Of a stretch of 64,000 nt of DNA, positions 51,721 to 64,000 are shown piece after piece. The DNA comes from Octopus vulgaris. Its lineage: Eukaryota. Each line of letters begins with the position of its first letter. The stretch's first letter is position 1. Location of the stretch: NCBI GenBank assembly GCA_951406725.2, contig OX597820.1, positions 123,194,001 through 123,258,000 of the forward strand, read 5' to 3'. Both the position numbers and the translations under genes were made by a program. A model generated the notes under the pieces. The model did not search any database. It saw only the letters and a list, made by a program, of their open reading frames with translations, and was not told the origin of the DNA.

Positions 51721-53809
51721 GTATGGTCTGTAGTATCACTATCATCATTTAACGTCTGCCTTCCATGTTGGAAAAGGATAGACTGTTTGATAGGAACTGT
51801 GAAGTCAGAACACTGTGCTAAGCTCTATTGTCTGCCATGACATGGTTTCTACCATTCCTGATTCCAAGCACTTTATAGTGTGTACCCTACTGAGTGCTTT
51901 GTATCTGGCACCAGCAATGAGGTTCCAAAGAAATTTGTAAGACAAGAACCTTCATCTGAGTGGGGAGTAACACTGAGGGAAATGGATTTGTGCCAGGTGA
52001 TGAGGAATTAAAGCAGTGGTCTTCAAATGAGGTTTGTAGTTGTATAAAAGGGTTTGTTGTTAAAAATCATGTGAATAAAAGTGATTATACTTCTATGACA
52101 CAAACTATTTAAGCACCTTTTTTTACAATTACTCATAAATATAATGATGATTTTTTAAAACACTGATTGGCTATGAGGGCCCTCCTGAATAAAACAGGGA
52201 TTAAGGTGGTTCATAGGTGAGAAATGGTTGAGTAGCACTGGGTTATATTATGAATAGAGGGATAGACATAAGTGATATAATGGTTTCAAGCAGACATGGC
52301 ATGGATTTGATTGTTGATCGCCAAATTTCACTTAACAGTTCACCAGCACTTTTCTTATGCTAAAACAATAGTTTTTCTATGAGTGACAGCAGTTACATTT
52401 ACCAGATGCCTTAGATAAGAAGAATAATGTCTTTGTCACTTGACCCTCCTGACCTCTTCTCAGCCACCAAAAGTTAGAATTGAGATAACAGGTACCACCA
52501 ACGAAATCTATTGTTCTCAAGAGAGATATACAAGCGCTTGCCCAGGCACTCACATACAAGCACACAGATAATTTCTGTTTGGAATCATTGAACATAAACT
52601 GGTGATTATTGACCTTTCAATAAAGGCTTGAATGGATTGAGCCGCATATGATAAACTGGAGAAGGAAGCATGGATTTAAACTCTGCCTTATTAGTTGCTC
52701 ATTGGTGAAATAGCATAAAAAATATTGATTTTGGTTAATTAATTAATGAAAGTTTTCATATGGAAAGCTGATTTGGCAATATCAGTTTCTATATTACTGT
52801 ATGCTTCTTTAGTGAAATGATGATGAACTCTCTTACAATATGACTATGTGAATTGCTGAAATTATGGTATATTGTAAATTTCATAAATATTTTAATGACA
52901 GGAAAGCTATCCTGTTTCCAAACATGCAGATTTATTTTTCCTATGATATTTGATTAATTGGTTATGTTTGTTTGTAAAACAGGGGAATGCCTCAAATTTT
53001 AGAGGAAGTGGTTAATTTCTTAAGTTGATCTTATTACTTGGCTGGCACTTTTTTTATCGACCAAGAAAGGAGAAACAAAGTTAGCTTCAACAGGATTTGA
53101 AACTAGAATATAAAGCGCTGGTAGAAATATTGGAAGGTATTTTGCCAACACTCTAACAATTGTGCATCTCCACCGTCTTAAGTTTAATAGAATGAAATCT
53201 GTGAATGAATTTTGATGTATTTCTTGTGTAGTTTTAATTATTTAAGTTGGTCTCACATAGCCTGCATTTATATCTTTCTTGAGACATGTAGAAGTTTCCA
53301 TTTGCATAATACTTGGCTGTAAAATAAATGGTTCACAGAAAGAGTTGCTACTTGTCACTTCAAACAAACAGTAGTGAACTGATATTAAAGCCAAAATTTT
53401 CCTTTCGCTACTATTTTGTTCAATATTTTTGAATTTGAAATATTAAAATTGATTTCACTGGAAATGAAAATTCAATGCATAAAATCAACTTTAAACTAGA
53501 AGATGTTCAGCATAAAAGGCAAAAGTTTTACAAAAAGAATTGTTGTCATCATCATCATCATCATTTAATGTCCATTATCTCTGTTGGCATGGGTTGGACA
53601 GTTTCATCAGGGCTGGTAAGCTGAGGGTCTGCAGCAGACTCCAGTCTGATTTGGCATTGTTTCTATGGATCGATGCCCTTCCTAACACCAAGCACTTCAT
53701 GAGTGTTGTGGGCAGAGGTTGTAAAAAATTGAGGAGAAATTAATTACAATATATTGACTTCTCAATCATGGCATGTCACCAAAGGTATCGGTCACTGTGG
53801 CATCCAGCA

Positions 53810-54650
53810 GTCAAAGATCCTGCTTTGCCACCTCGTCCCATCTGTTCTTATGTTTACTTATTCCACAACTTCTCTCAACTGTTAGAGATCAGCACTTCTT
53901 CAGACAGCTGTCCTCATCTACATGCACCACATGACCATACCAGCTGAGTTGTCTCTTGCACCTGATGATCATTATGCATACCTTTTCTCTCAAAACATTT
54001 AGATTTTGTTGTACATGCACACTGACATTGCACATCCAGTGAAGCATGCTAGCTTACTTTCCTCCAAGCCTATACATGTACTCTGCAGTCACAGCCCATG
54101 TTTAACTGCCATGTAGCATAGCTATCTGAACACAGGCATCAGAAATCTGCTTTCACTCTGAAGGAGAGACCCTTAGTTACCAAACAGAGGAAGGAGCTCT
54201 CTGAATTTGCTCAGCCTATTTTTATTCTTGCAGCCACACTCTTGGTTCATCCACCTCTGCTACTGACTTTCTTACTCAACGTACTGTATCGTCCTCCTCT
54301 GGCATTTGATGAAGTCCATTTTCTGTACATTTTTAGTGTTTATTGTACACGTGCAGCTTCCACATACAAAAAGTATTTTCCCAGTTTACCTTCATCTGAT
54401 ATTGCTACACCTATTATGTGTTACACAAAGTATATCTTATGGAATTTCTATCTACCCATTTCCTACAGATTAAGCAGGGCCATCTACCTGAAGGGCTTTA
54501 TGACTTGTCTGCTTTCCTACTTACTAAGACTTTGGTTTTGGGTAGGTTAACTCTACAGCCTTTCAATTCTAGACCTTGCTTCCATATGAGAAATTTGTTC
54601 TCTAGTTCTGGTAGGGATTTAGATATAAGAAGCTCATCAGTAAATAAATG
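53810..54650 (-). pseudogene. RTE RT C-terminal fragment
   Basis: ELLISKSLPELENKFLIWKQGLELKGCRVNLPKTKVL, with MLHGS.TWAVT and LSWYGHVVHVDED motifs further downstream. Confidence 0.75.
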
Positions 54651-54659
54651 TGAAAACTC

Positions 54660-55330
54660 TTTGCTTCCACAAACACTTTATGTACACAGATTGAAGCAAC
54701 GAAAAAAAAAAAAACGTCCTTAGTATACCTGAAACGTGAAGGAAAAAATGGTGGATAATGAAACGAATAATGTATGGCTAATTGAATGTAATGTAATAAA
54801 TGATGATATATGTGTGTTCCGTTGTAATCATCTATTCCCTCCCCAAGTCATTTGAGGGAAGCAAAGAAGACTGATTATATGAATTAGATGGTTAACGAGA
54901 ATGTGATAATTAGTGTGAGAGACAGTTAATCAATATTGACGGTGTGACGATCAAGGGGCAATGTGTCAGTTGTGCGTCAGGCTTTTGTGTCAGTCTTTGC
55001 GAGTCTGGCAGAGCGACTAACAGGGTGATTGCTGGATGGGGGATAAACTTCATCAGGCAAAGGTTGCTCTTGGAGGGCAGGGTCTTGAAGGGGCGTCGGA
55101 GTACGACCATTTTTGGGAAGGTGGTGTAAGTTGGCGTGGCTCTGTGTGTAGGTACTGAGATATGTTTCTGATCATGGTAATTTTGGATTTGGGACGAGGG
55201 CATTGGTGGTGCAGCTGAATGAGCTGATGTTAAAGTATGTCAAGAAGGTAGTCTTATCATTGGTGTTGGTGTGAGGAATGCACGTGGTTCAGGCACCATG
55301 AGCAGTGGTGCACGAGGAAGAACGAGTATA
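54660..55330 (-). mobile_element. Possible Gypsy 3' remnant (integrase tail, polypurine tract, start of 3' LTR)
   Basis: VVLRRP-like tail; minus-strand ggggagggaataga followed by TG near 54830. Confidence 0.35.
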
Positions 55331-55394
55331 TATTTACAGACGTATTTTCTGTTGCACAGTGTGACTCGGCTTGAGCCATCCACTCTTGGCGTCT

Positions 55395-55730
55395 TGGGCT
55401 AGTGTCTTCTACTATAGTCTCGTGCCGATCAAATCCTTGTGAGTGGAATTGATAGACAGAAGCTACACACACACACACACGTATGTGTGTGTGTGTGTGT
55501 GTGTGACTGTGTGTGTTTATATATATATACGTTTGTATGTCTGTTTATCTCTCTAACATCGCTGGACAACTGGTGCTGGTGTGCACACGTCCTCGTAACT
55601 TAGCGGTTCGGGAAAAGAGACCGATAGTTTAAATACTAGGCCTACAAAGTATAAGTCCTGGGGTCGATTGGCTCGAATAAAGGCATTGCTCCACCATGGC
55701 CGCAGTGAAATAACTGAAAAAATGAAAAGT
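55395..55730 (+). mobile_element. 5'-truncated tRNA-derived SINE
   Basis: Body and tail match the family. Confidence 0.8.
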
Positions 55731-57162
55731 GTGTAAAACAGAAAATAACCAGAAAAGTTTATATTCTATTAACTACATAAATAAGGGAGATAACAGAAAA
55801 TCAACTTTTAGAGTTCCTTCCCTTGAATCATATTAATAAAAGACGTGACAGTTTAAAATTTAGGTGCGTCTGTTTTTCGCATGTGAAGGCCACACTTGCA
55901 TTCGCGCAGGAAGAGACAAAGATACACATGCAACTTTTCTGCTGTTAACTTCAACAAATAAACATCGACTAGCTTATAATTTACATTTAATTACACTCAC
56001 AATATCTAGTACTACACTTTGGACTTGATCAAGTATAGTATATATGCGTGTGTGGGTATATACACGGGTATGTGTATGAATGCATGTATTTATACATATA
56101 TATATATATAAATACATATATATATATGTGTGCATGTGTGTTCGGATGTAGTACTTATTCTAACTTTTTCTCTTTTGCCGAACCGGTAAGTTACGGGGGC
56201 GTATGTGTGGACTGTGCTCACACACGCACAAACACACATACATCCGAACACACATACACATAGATACATGCAAAGATGCGCACTTGTAGCTATTTATGCT
56301 TTAAATATGTTGACCTTAAAACTGACATTCTGAAGAAATTGTATGAGTGTATGGGTCAGGCAGTCTGTGTGTGTGTGTGTGTGATTTCACTTCTGTGTGA
56401 CATAGTGTTTCCAGTTCAATGTTTGTGCCTGAGTGTGTGTGTGAGTGAGTGAGTGTGTAAATGTCTGTTTTCATTTCCAGGTGTGTGAGTTTGTAACTGT
56501 GTGTGAGTGTGTGTGGCTATTTTCATTTCCGTGTTTGTGTGTGGCTATTTTCATTTCCGTGTTTGTGTTTGTGCGCGTGTGTGTGAGTGAGTGTTTTTAT
56601 TTTTGTGTGCTCGAGTGCGTGCGTGTGTGAGTGTGTAACTGTGTATTTTCATTTCAGTGTTTGTGTGTGTGTGGGTGGGGGACTGTTTTTATTTATGTGT
56701 GTGTGTGTCTGTGTGTGAGAGTGTTTTCGTTTCTGTGTGTGCGTGTGTGTGAGCGACTGTGTGTTTTTATTTGTTTGTGTGTGTACGACAATTACAGCTA
56801 CAACAAACACTTTGACCATCTCTAAGATACCCACATTTGCAGATCACTAACTACTAAATCAAAAGAAGTTCAATTTATTGCACCTTTAGCGACTTCAGAT
56901 ATTGCTCATATTTCTCTCATAATAACAGCGGTTATCCAGCAGTGATGAGGGAGAAACACAGATACAAAGACACACATGCACTTACACATATACATATATA
57001 TACGGTTGATTTCTTTCAGTTTCGGTCTACGAAATCCACTCACAAGGCTTTGGATGGTCTGAGGCTATAGCAGAAGACATATATGCCAAGTTACCACACA
57101 GTGTAACAGAACTCAGGACCATTTGTTTTGGAACCAAGATTCTTACCACACAGCCATACCTG

Positions 57163-57282
<120 letters not shown>

Positions 57283-57595
57283 TATATATGTATAAATATA
57301 TGTATGCATGTATATATGTGTATATATATATAAACATATAAATATCTCTCTATATACACGTACATATATATTTCTATATATATTACAATAGAGAGATATT
57401 ATTCTTTCACTTTTGACGCGTAATACTGAAATAGTAGAAGAGGTAAGAGATTGTCCTGGGCTTGCTTTAACCAAGTAGAATATGTTTTTGGTCCATGACA
57501 CTACATGGACCCTAAGTATGGCATGTGTAAAATTTGAATGAAATCGGTTGTGTAGTTCTCGAGTTTTAGGGATTCACACAGACATACATTGCTAT

Positions 57596-57642
<47 letters not shown>

Positions 57643-57643
<1 letters not shown>

Positions 57644-59321
57644 TAGCAGAGTTACCCGGTGTTGCCAGAGTTACATACAATTGGAGAATTAGACTTTTCT
57701 GTTATATTTTCTGTAATGAACTGGAATACCTATGTTTCGAATTTCATCAAAATTGCAGATGAGGGTTATTTCCCTCTTTACACACCCAAACAAAATTGTA
57801 ATCGTGCCACATGTATCCCATACTACTAATTTTTATGCGCATATTCCAAAATTCCAGTCTTATAGAACCTGTTAAAAGGATTTTGCTCCTGAAGAATGGA
57901 GGTCATGGCGCTCTAAAATGTGAGAGTTAACGTCCCTATTGGGGATGGGCATCTTAATGTCAACCACAGAAGTTGAATTGTTGAGAATCTTTTTAACTTG
58001 GGTCTTATATCTATTGTTTGAATTTCTTTGAAATAGGAAATATATGCTCACTGGGTTTGTAAAAGAGAGCAAAGCTACAAGAAACCAAAAGACGAATGAT
58101 CACAATAAGCAGTCAGCTACAGTGCCCTAGTCGTTACCACTCCCAATGTAGTATTCCTCACCATGCAGGTGACAGGCACAGCCGTAAGATGCATTACGAA
58201 TCTATAGCAATTGGAAGGGCGTGATCCAACTGAAATAAACATTAACAAATGTGTGACGTTAGGGCTAAGGAGAAATGAAAGTTGGAATTTGCAAATGACC
58301 ACTATACTGATACGTAAATGGACAGAATATATATACAATCTATAAATGTCTTTGAATAACCTGTCACTCATCTGGGAAGGCCTTGAAATCAATGTTACCA
58401 TGTGGGGACTATGTGTGACCCAGTGATAATAAAAAGACGGAAAGGAGATCTGCAATCAAATAACTTTACTCAACACTTTGCAACTGAATCAGTGGAGACA
58501 AAGATGCCTCTCATTTACTTCACAATTTATGCAGCACATTGCAGAAATCACAATCTGAGTGTATGTCAAAGCAAACTCTTACACTGTTGTACCATTGAAT
58601 TACAAATAATGCTCATCGTCTATGCTCGGATGATCCCACAGCTTCCAAGAGAACAACTATTTGTCTTTGCTTAGATAAAATGACTAAATTGTGGGTGTTA
58701 AGTCCCCATGAAGGGGTCTTTCTAACTTGTAAGAAGATGAAATTTTAGAAATATTACTTCATTTGTATCTAATATCTATGGTTAAAATTTCATCAACAGC
58801 AAAAATATATGAATTTTCATGGGGGTTGTGGCCCTTATGCATAGAATATAATTTCCAAATTTCGTAAAGATCCATTCAGTACTTTTGACTTAGTTTTGGA
58901 TCATAAAAGAAATTACTAAAATTTGGGAGTTAAGGCCCACATTAGGGTGTCTTAGAATCCTCATGTGAAGTGGAAACGTTGAGAATACTTCTTGATGTGT
59001 GTCAATTACCCATGGTTGAAATTTCATCAACATCGAAAATTTATGAATTTTCATGGGGGGTTCTGCTCCCTTTAAGCCATCTGAAATTCAAACCAAACAT
59101 ATTGCATTATACTCGCCCTTATGCATTGAATCTAAGTTTCAAATATCATAAGGATCCATTCAGTAATTTTAGTCCATGAAATTTATGAAACGCACAACAT
59201 TACCCTTCTCCCTAGGCTTCGATTTTGAGTTCCAAATTTCATTATGATCGGTGCAGCAGTTTTCGAATGTATAAGTAATACACGAACATAAAAAAACTTG
59301 TCTTTGATATAATAAATATGA
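57643..59321 (-). mobile_element. Non-autonomous Helitron (~1.7 kb) between (TA)n tracts, with an internal ~240-bp direct repeat
   Basis: 3' end on minus strand ctctggcaacaccgggtaactctgCTAG; 5' end TCatatttattatatc; 58680-58890 is repeated at ~58915-59175. Confidence 0.65.
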
Positions 59322-59343
59322 ATGTACACATATGCATACATAC

Positions 59344-59435
<92 letters not shown>

Positions 59436-59530
59436 CTAATGTAGGATAAAATTTTTTTCGGGAAAAATTTTTTATCAATGGCCAGCATATCAAAAAATAC
59501 CTTTAAAGGTTAAATTTACAAATAATTTAC

Positions 59531-59774
59531 AAAATTAGGGCGAAAGAAAAATTCTAATGCCAAATATGCCGAAAAAAAGGCAAAAATTGTCAATAACCAT
59601 TATAATTTATGCGTCTCGAAACAAACCGATAGAAATTCCTAAAAAATCCGTTATTACTGCATTGGTCCCAATTTCGGGGTTAATTCATAAGAATTTTCCC
59701 TTCTTCAGCGATAAATTAGTAATATGTACACATATATATTCACATATATACATGCATACATATATACACCCATA

Positions 59775-59828
<54 letters not shown>

Positions 59829-60129
59829 TAGCCTTGAGGAAGTTCATGACCACCTTAACCTTGTGACATGGGCATTGTCCTGAATTAGGAATTAGTGCTT
59901 GCTTTTCCCATGGGTGTAAGTAAGTATTTCACTTATATCTCACGAATTTATCGCTGAAGAAGGGAAAATTCTCATGAATTAACCCCGAAATTGGGACCAA
60001 TGCGGTAATAACGGATTTTTTAGGAATTTCTATCGGGTTGTTTCGAGACGCATAAATTATAATGGTTATTGACAATTTTTGCCTTTTTTCAGCATATTTG
60101 GCATTAGAATTTTTCTTTCGCCCTAATTT

Positions 60130-60131
<2 letters not shown>
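59531..60131. repeat. ~187-bp inverted repeat pair (59531-59717 / 59945-60131) around a (CA)n-containing spacer
   Basis: aaaattagggcgaaagaaaaattctaatgcc...ttcagcgataaatt is mirrored almost exactly; flanked by (TA)n. Confidence 0.9.
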
Positions 60132-60176
<45 letters not shown>

Positions 60177-60207
60177 GTGTGTATTATATATATATGTGTG
60201 TGTGTAT

Positions 60208-60246
<39 letters not shown>

Positions 60247-60705
60247 ATTATATATATATATATACATACACACATACACACACACAAAGATAAATTGATA
60301 GATACAACTGAGTGGGCAAACAAAAATAAGAGACATAGCGTAGTGCTTGTTTATGTTGATAAGTCTGGTACTTATTCTATTAGTTTCTTCTTGTGAAACC
60401 AGTAAGTTATGGGGATGTTCATTAACGAACAGCAGTTGTGAAGCAGTGATGAGGGTAAAACACAGAAACAAAGTCACACTTACACTTAAATATATATACA
60501 TACATATATATACGATTGATTTCTTTAAGTTTCTATCTACTAAATCCATATATATATATATATAGATCAATAAATGGTGGGGTTGTGTTGACCGCACGTG
60601 GAGAAATGATAAGTAAGGAAAAATTTTTTTAAAAATGCAGAATGCTCAAATGAAAGAAAATTTTAATAAAATGAGAAAATGATAAAATATATAAATATAT
60701 ATATT

Positions 60706-60746
60706 TATTCAACCGGTTTTCGTCAATGTATGACTTGTCAAGAATA
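60706..60746 (-). ncRNA. Minimal hammerhead motif in the Penelope pLTR (core UUGACAA)
   Basis: Reverse complement tattc-ttgacaa-gtca(tacat)tgac-gaaa-accggt-t-gaata; stem I tattc/gaata, palindromic stem III. Confidence 0.65.
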
Positions 60747-61380
60747 TTTATGTTTTAAGAAGTTTTTTTAAAAATTAGAAAGGGGAAAAAAAGAAAATTG
60801 CATTGTTTTTTGTAAAAGAATAATGATAAAAATGTACAAAAATTAAAAAATAAGTTCTCCGATACATTGTGAGTTCGTTGTGTATCTTGAGTTTTATGGT
60901 TGTTTACCAAAAAAATTACCTTCAGGTATTAAGATCCAAAGGGATTAAGAGCATGTGTTGTGTTGTGTTGTTAAATTCCGCATGTTTGCAGGACAGGAAG
61001 TAGTAGTAATTGTGGTCCTGGTTCTTCAGTTCCTGTGTTGTGAGTAAGGGGAGACAACTCTTTTGAGTTCTTCAATAAAACCCAAATTATAAAATTATCA
61101 TTTTAGCTTCATTTGCGTTATCTTTTTTATATAATTGCTTGTTAACTTAACTTTCAGATTTTAACACTTTATTTATATTATTTTCTAATTATATAAAACT
61201 GCATAGACAATTGCATTTCAAATTGTCATATCATTTATAATAAAAATGATAGTAATAACAACAATAGTAAAAATGATATTTAAAGTATATAAGTTTTAGC
61301 TTGAAGTGATGAATGCATGGTATCTTTATATATTTGTGTTAGTCCATCCATGAAGAGTGAGGTAGAGAAAGGAAGTTTGA

Positions 61381-61806
61381 TCAACGAGGAGTTTGCATAT
61401 TAAGTTGTGTTTGGAATTTTTCAATAAAGAGATTCTCCTTGTTAATTCTCTCCTGTGTGGTGATCCCGTCTTTACATTGGTAGAAGGGGAATATATAGAA
61501 TTTGGGGTTTAAGTCTTTAGCACATGAGTCTAAGTGGTCACTCAGTGGAATTTGTCGGTATTCCGGGAGATTTATTTGTTCTTTATGCACCGTTACTCGT
61601 TTACGTAACGGGAGACTCGTTTGTCCAACATAATTATGTTGGCAACCAGCGCATGTGAGAACGTAGATAAGGTTCTCGGAGGAACAGGAGAAGTTAGTCT
61701 TGATTTTAAACTTCGTACCTTGTTTGAAGGTAAATTCAGAGCCTTCAAGTAGAAAGGGGCAGGTACCACAGTTTGAGCGTGCACATTTTTTTACTGTTGG
61801 GGGTGG
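61381..61806 (-). CDS. Penelope-type GIY-YIG endonuclease (5'-truncated ORF)
   Basis: CARSNCGTC zinc-knuckle linker, FSCSSENLIYVLTCAGCQHNYVGQT...RKRVTVH...HL..C...ERINKENLFI..F..QLN. Confidence 0.88.
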   Translation of the reverse strand, partial: PPPTVKKCARSNCGTCPFLLEGSEFTFKQGTKFKIKTNFSCSSENLIYVLTCAGCQHNYVGQTSLPLRKRVTVHKEQINLPEYRQIPLSDHLDSCAKDLNPKFYIFPFYQCKDGITTQERINKENLFIEKFQTQLNMQTPR

Positions 61807-61849
61807 ATATATATATGTATACACACACTCACACACAAACACACAAAGA

Positions 61850-62203
61850 TAAATTGTGAGGGCAAACAAAAATATGGGATACTGCCTAGTGTATTTTTTT
61901 TTATTTTGATAAGCCTGGTACTTATTCTTGTGAAATCAGTAAGTTATGGAGATGTAAATAAACGAACACTAGTTGTGAAACATTGATGAGGGAGAAACAC
62001 AAAGACACACAGAGACTTACATATATAGATACATATATATACGATTGATTTCTTTCAGTTTCTGTCTACAAAATCCACTGATAAGGTTTTGGTTGGTCTG
62101 AGGCTATAGCAGAAGACACATGCCAAGTCACCACACAGTGGGACTGAACCCAGGACCATGTGTTTTGGAACGAAGTTTGTTACCACACAGCTACACCTGC
62201 ACC
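61850..62203 (-). mobile_element. Older tRNA-derived SINE copy (related degenerate copies at 56870-57164, 60300-60550, 62444-62500)
   Basis: Diverged match to the family. Confidence 0.75.
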
Positions 62204-62205
62204 TA

Positions 62206-62257
<52 letters not shown>

Positions 62258-62689
62258 TATGGGTGTATATATGTATGCATGTATATATGTGAATATATAT
62301 GTGTACATATTACATGTATATCTATATATATATACATCTACACATATACATGTATACATATACATCTATATATATAGAAATAAATGCATACATATACAGC
62401 TATACCCACATACACACAGACACACACACATATATATATACATAGGTGCAGGTGTGGCTGTGTGGTAACAAACTTCGTTCCAAAACCCATGGTCCTGGGT
62501 TTAAATTTAAATTCAGCATAATAAGGGTGAGAAATTGAATATTAATTTGATTAATATGAATTGAAACCCAGTGGTGTAGCATATAAGACCATAGAGGATC
62601 TTCTGGCAAAATGGATGTCCACTGTTAATGGTTCATCCCTCTTATATAATGGTTTGACTTTAATAGTTTCAGTATTAAAGTGAAAGTAT

Positions 62690-62924
62690 CTGACATTAAT
62701 AGGGAGATGCTTTTGTGTTACTTTTAACATGTAATGCTGAAATAGTGGTGAAGATATGATATTGCTGTGGGGTCGCCCTAGGGAAAAAGTTAAGATTTTT
62801 TTATGCCCATGACACTCGATGGATCCTAAGTAAGGCATGTGTAAAATTTGAATGAAATTGGTTGTGTAGTTCTAAAGTTTTAGGGATTCCCACAGACAGA
62901 TAGACAGACACACACTCTCAGTTT

Positions 62925-62930
<6 letters not shown>
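62690..62930 (-). mobile_element. Helitron/DINE-like 5'-end fragment (related piece at 57400-57600)
   Basis: Shared catgacact..ggaccctaagt..ggcatgtgtaaaatttgaatgaaat.ggttgtgtagttct...acagac followed by (TA)n. Confidence 0.55.
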
Positions 62931-62958
<28 letters not shown>

Positions 62959-64000
62959 ATAACAATAATATGACAACAGAAGAATAAATGAGACCTCGAT
63001 ATTACGTAAATAGAGGAATTTATCTATAATATAATATGTGACAATTAGTCGGTTGCCATAATAAAACTTAGATTTTCGGATGTCGGGCGGGAATTCTGCT
63101 CCGCATGCGCACCCATGTATATGTGCATATATGCATATGCTCACTCACACTCGTGTGAAACACATACATGCACACCCGCGCACACAGACCTATAAGTATT
63201 CATATATATGCATCCATACATATGTTCACATATACATGCCCGCACACACACACGTATATATTCCCATACGCGCACTATTATGTTCATATACACGTCCCTT
63301 TACGCACATGCACAAATATGAAGGGTGAAATGTAATGTGCATGAACATATATATAAAAATATACAAAGCAATAAAAAATATATAAAAAATATAAAAATAT
63401 GTAAAAAATATAAAAATATATATGTAAGAAAAGAAATGCTTGTACATGGACACAATATAAAAAGCAGGTTCTATCTGTGATGTTGGGGGGACCAAAACAC
63501 GTAACAAATATTTAGCCATATGTCGCCATCACTAGTGATCACTCGAAACACCCTGATGTTGACTGGATGTTTGATTTTTATTACTCTCGGTACATGTTCT
63601 CAGATTGCACTGTCCTCAGATTGACACCCAAAAATTCTGAAATATTCGTATTGGAGTTTCCGATGCGAATGTCAAGCAGTACAGCATGTCGTTTCCAAAT
63701 TTCTAGCAGAGTCAATTGCATCATTGCGCCGTTTTTCTCAAAGACAGTGTCCAACCGACCCTACTATATAGTCGACAAAATCAAAAACAATCTACGCGCA
63801 TCCTTGAAATTAGAAATATAATATGCCGACAATCTACCCATCGCATCCTGGAACTATTAGACCTGACACCGTGTATTAACCGGTGTTGTTCAAACGATGA
63901 ATAGCCTTGCGTAAACTATTGGTTCGTTTTGTTCTCTTACTTTATTATCATCTTATAATCATCTCATAATAATGATTTTTATGACTCGTATTACTACCTC

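Larger units (their letters stand above)
60565..61806 (-). mobile_element. Penelope-like element 3' portion (GIY-YIG endonuclease plus pLTR with hammerhead)
   Basis: GIY-YIG ORF followed by an AT-rich UTR and an HHR motif; bounded by TA repeats. Confidence 0.8.

Noticed and set aside
52377-52595. 72-aa ORF with possible splice sites
   Set aside because: No recognisable motif and weak splice signals.
54565-54645. Minus-strand CTGATGAG...gaagc hammerhead candidate
   Set aside because: No GAAA follows stem II, and the sequence is explained as RTE RT coding (DELLISKSLPELE).

Overview
This is a eukaryotic, AT-rich window saturated with repeats; its SINE families and microsatellite load suggest a coleoid cephalopod such as Octopus (inference). 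No host gene can be assembled with confidence, and most listed ORFs are (TA)n/(CA)n/(ACAT)n/(ATT)n artefacts. Recognisable content: a young 5'-truncated CR1-type LINE with an open RT ORF (16098-18131), a complete but degenerate piggyBac (32961-35534), and Gypsy pol and LTR remnants. There are also RTE, Dong/R4, Tc1/mariner, Helitron and Penelope fragments, many tRNA-derived SINEs and a ~250-bp degenerate satellite. Two things stand out. (1) At least seven hammerhead-ribozyme motifs of the Penelope/retrozyme type sit in short modules between microsatellites; one has a complete canonical fold (40453-40516) and a dispersed ~170-bp family has non-canonical cores. (2) Nine copies of a ~415-bp TIR element carry internal (TTAGGG)n telomeric repeats; three make 8-bp TSDs, but two are flanked by 40-bp and 66-bp duplications. 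All calls were made by eye, and boundaries of degenerate elements are approximate.
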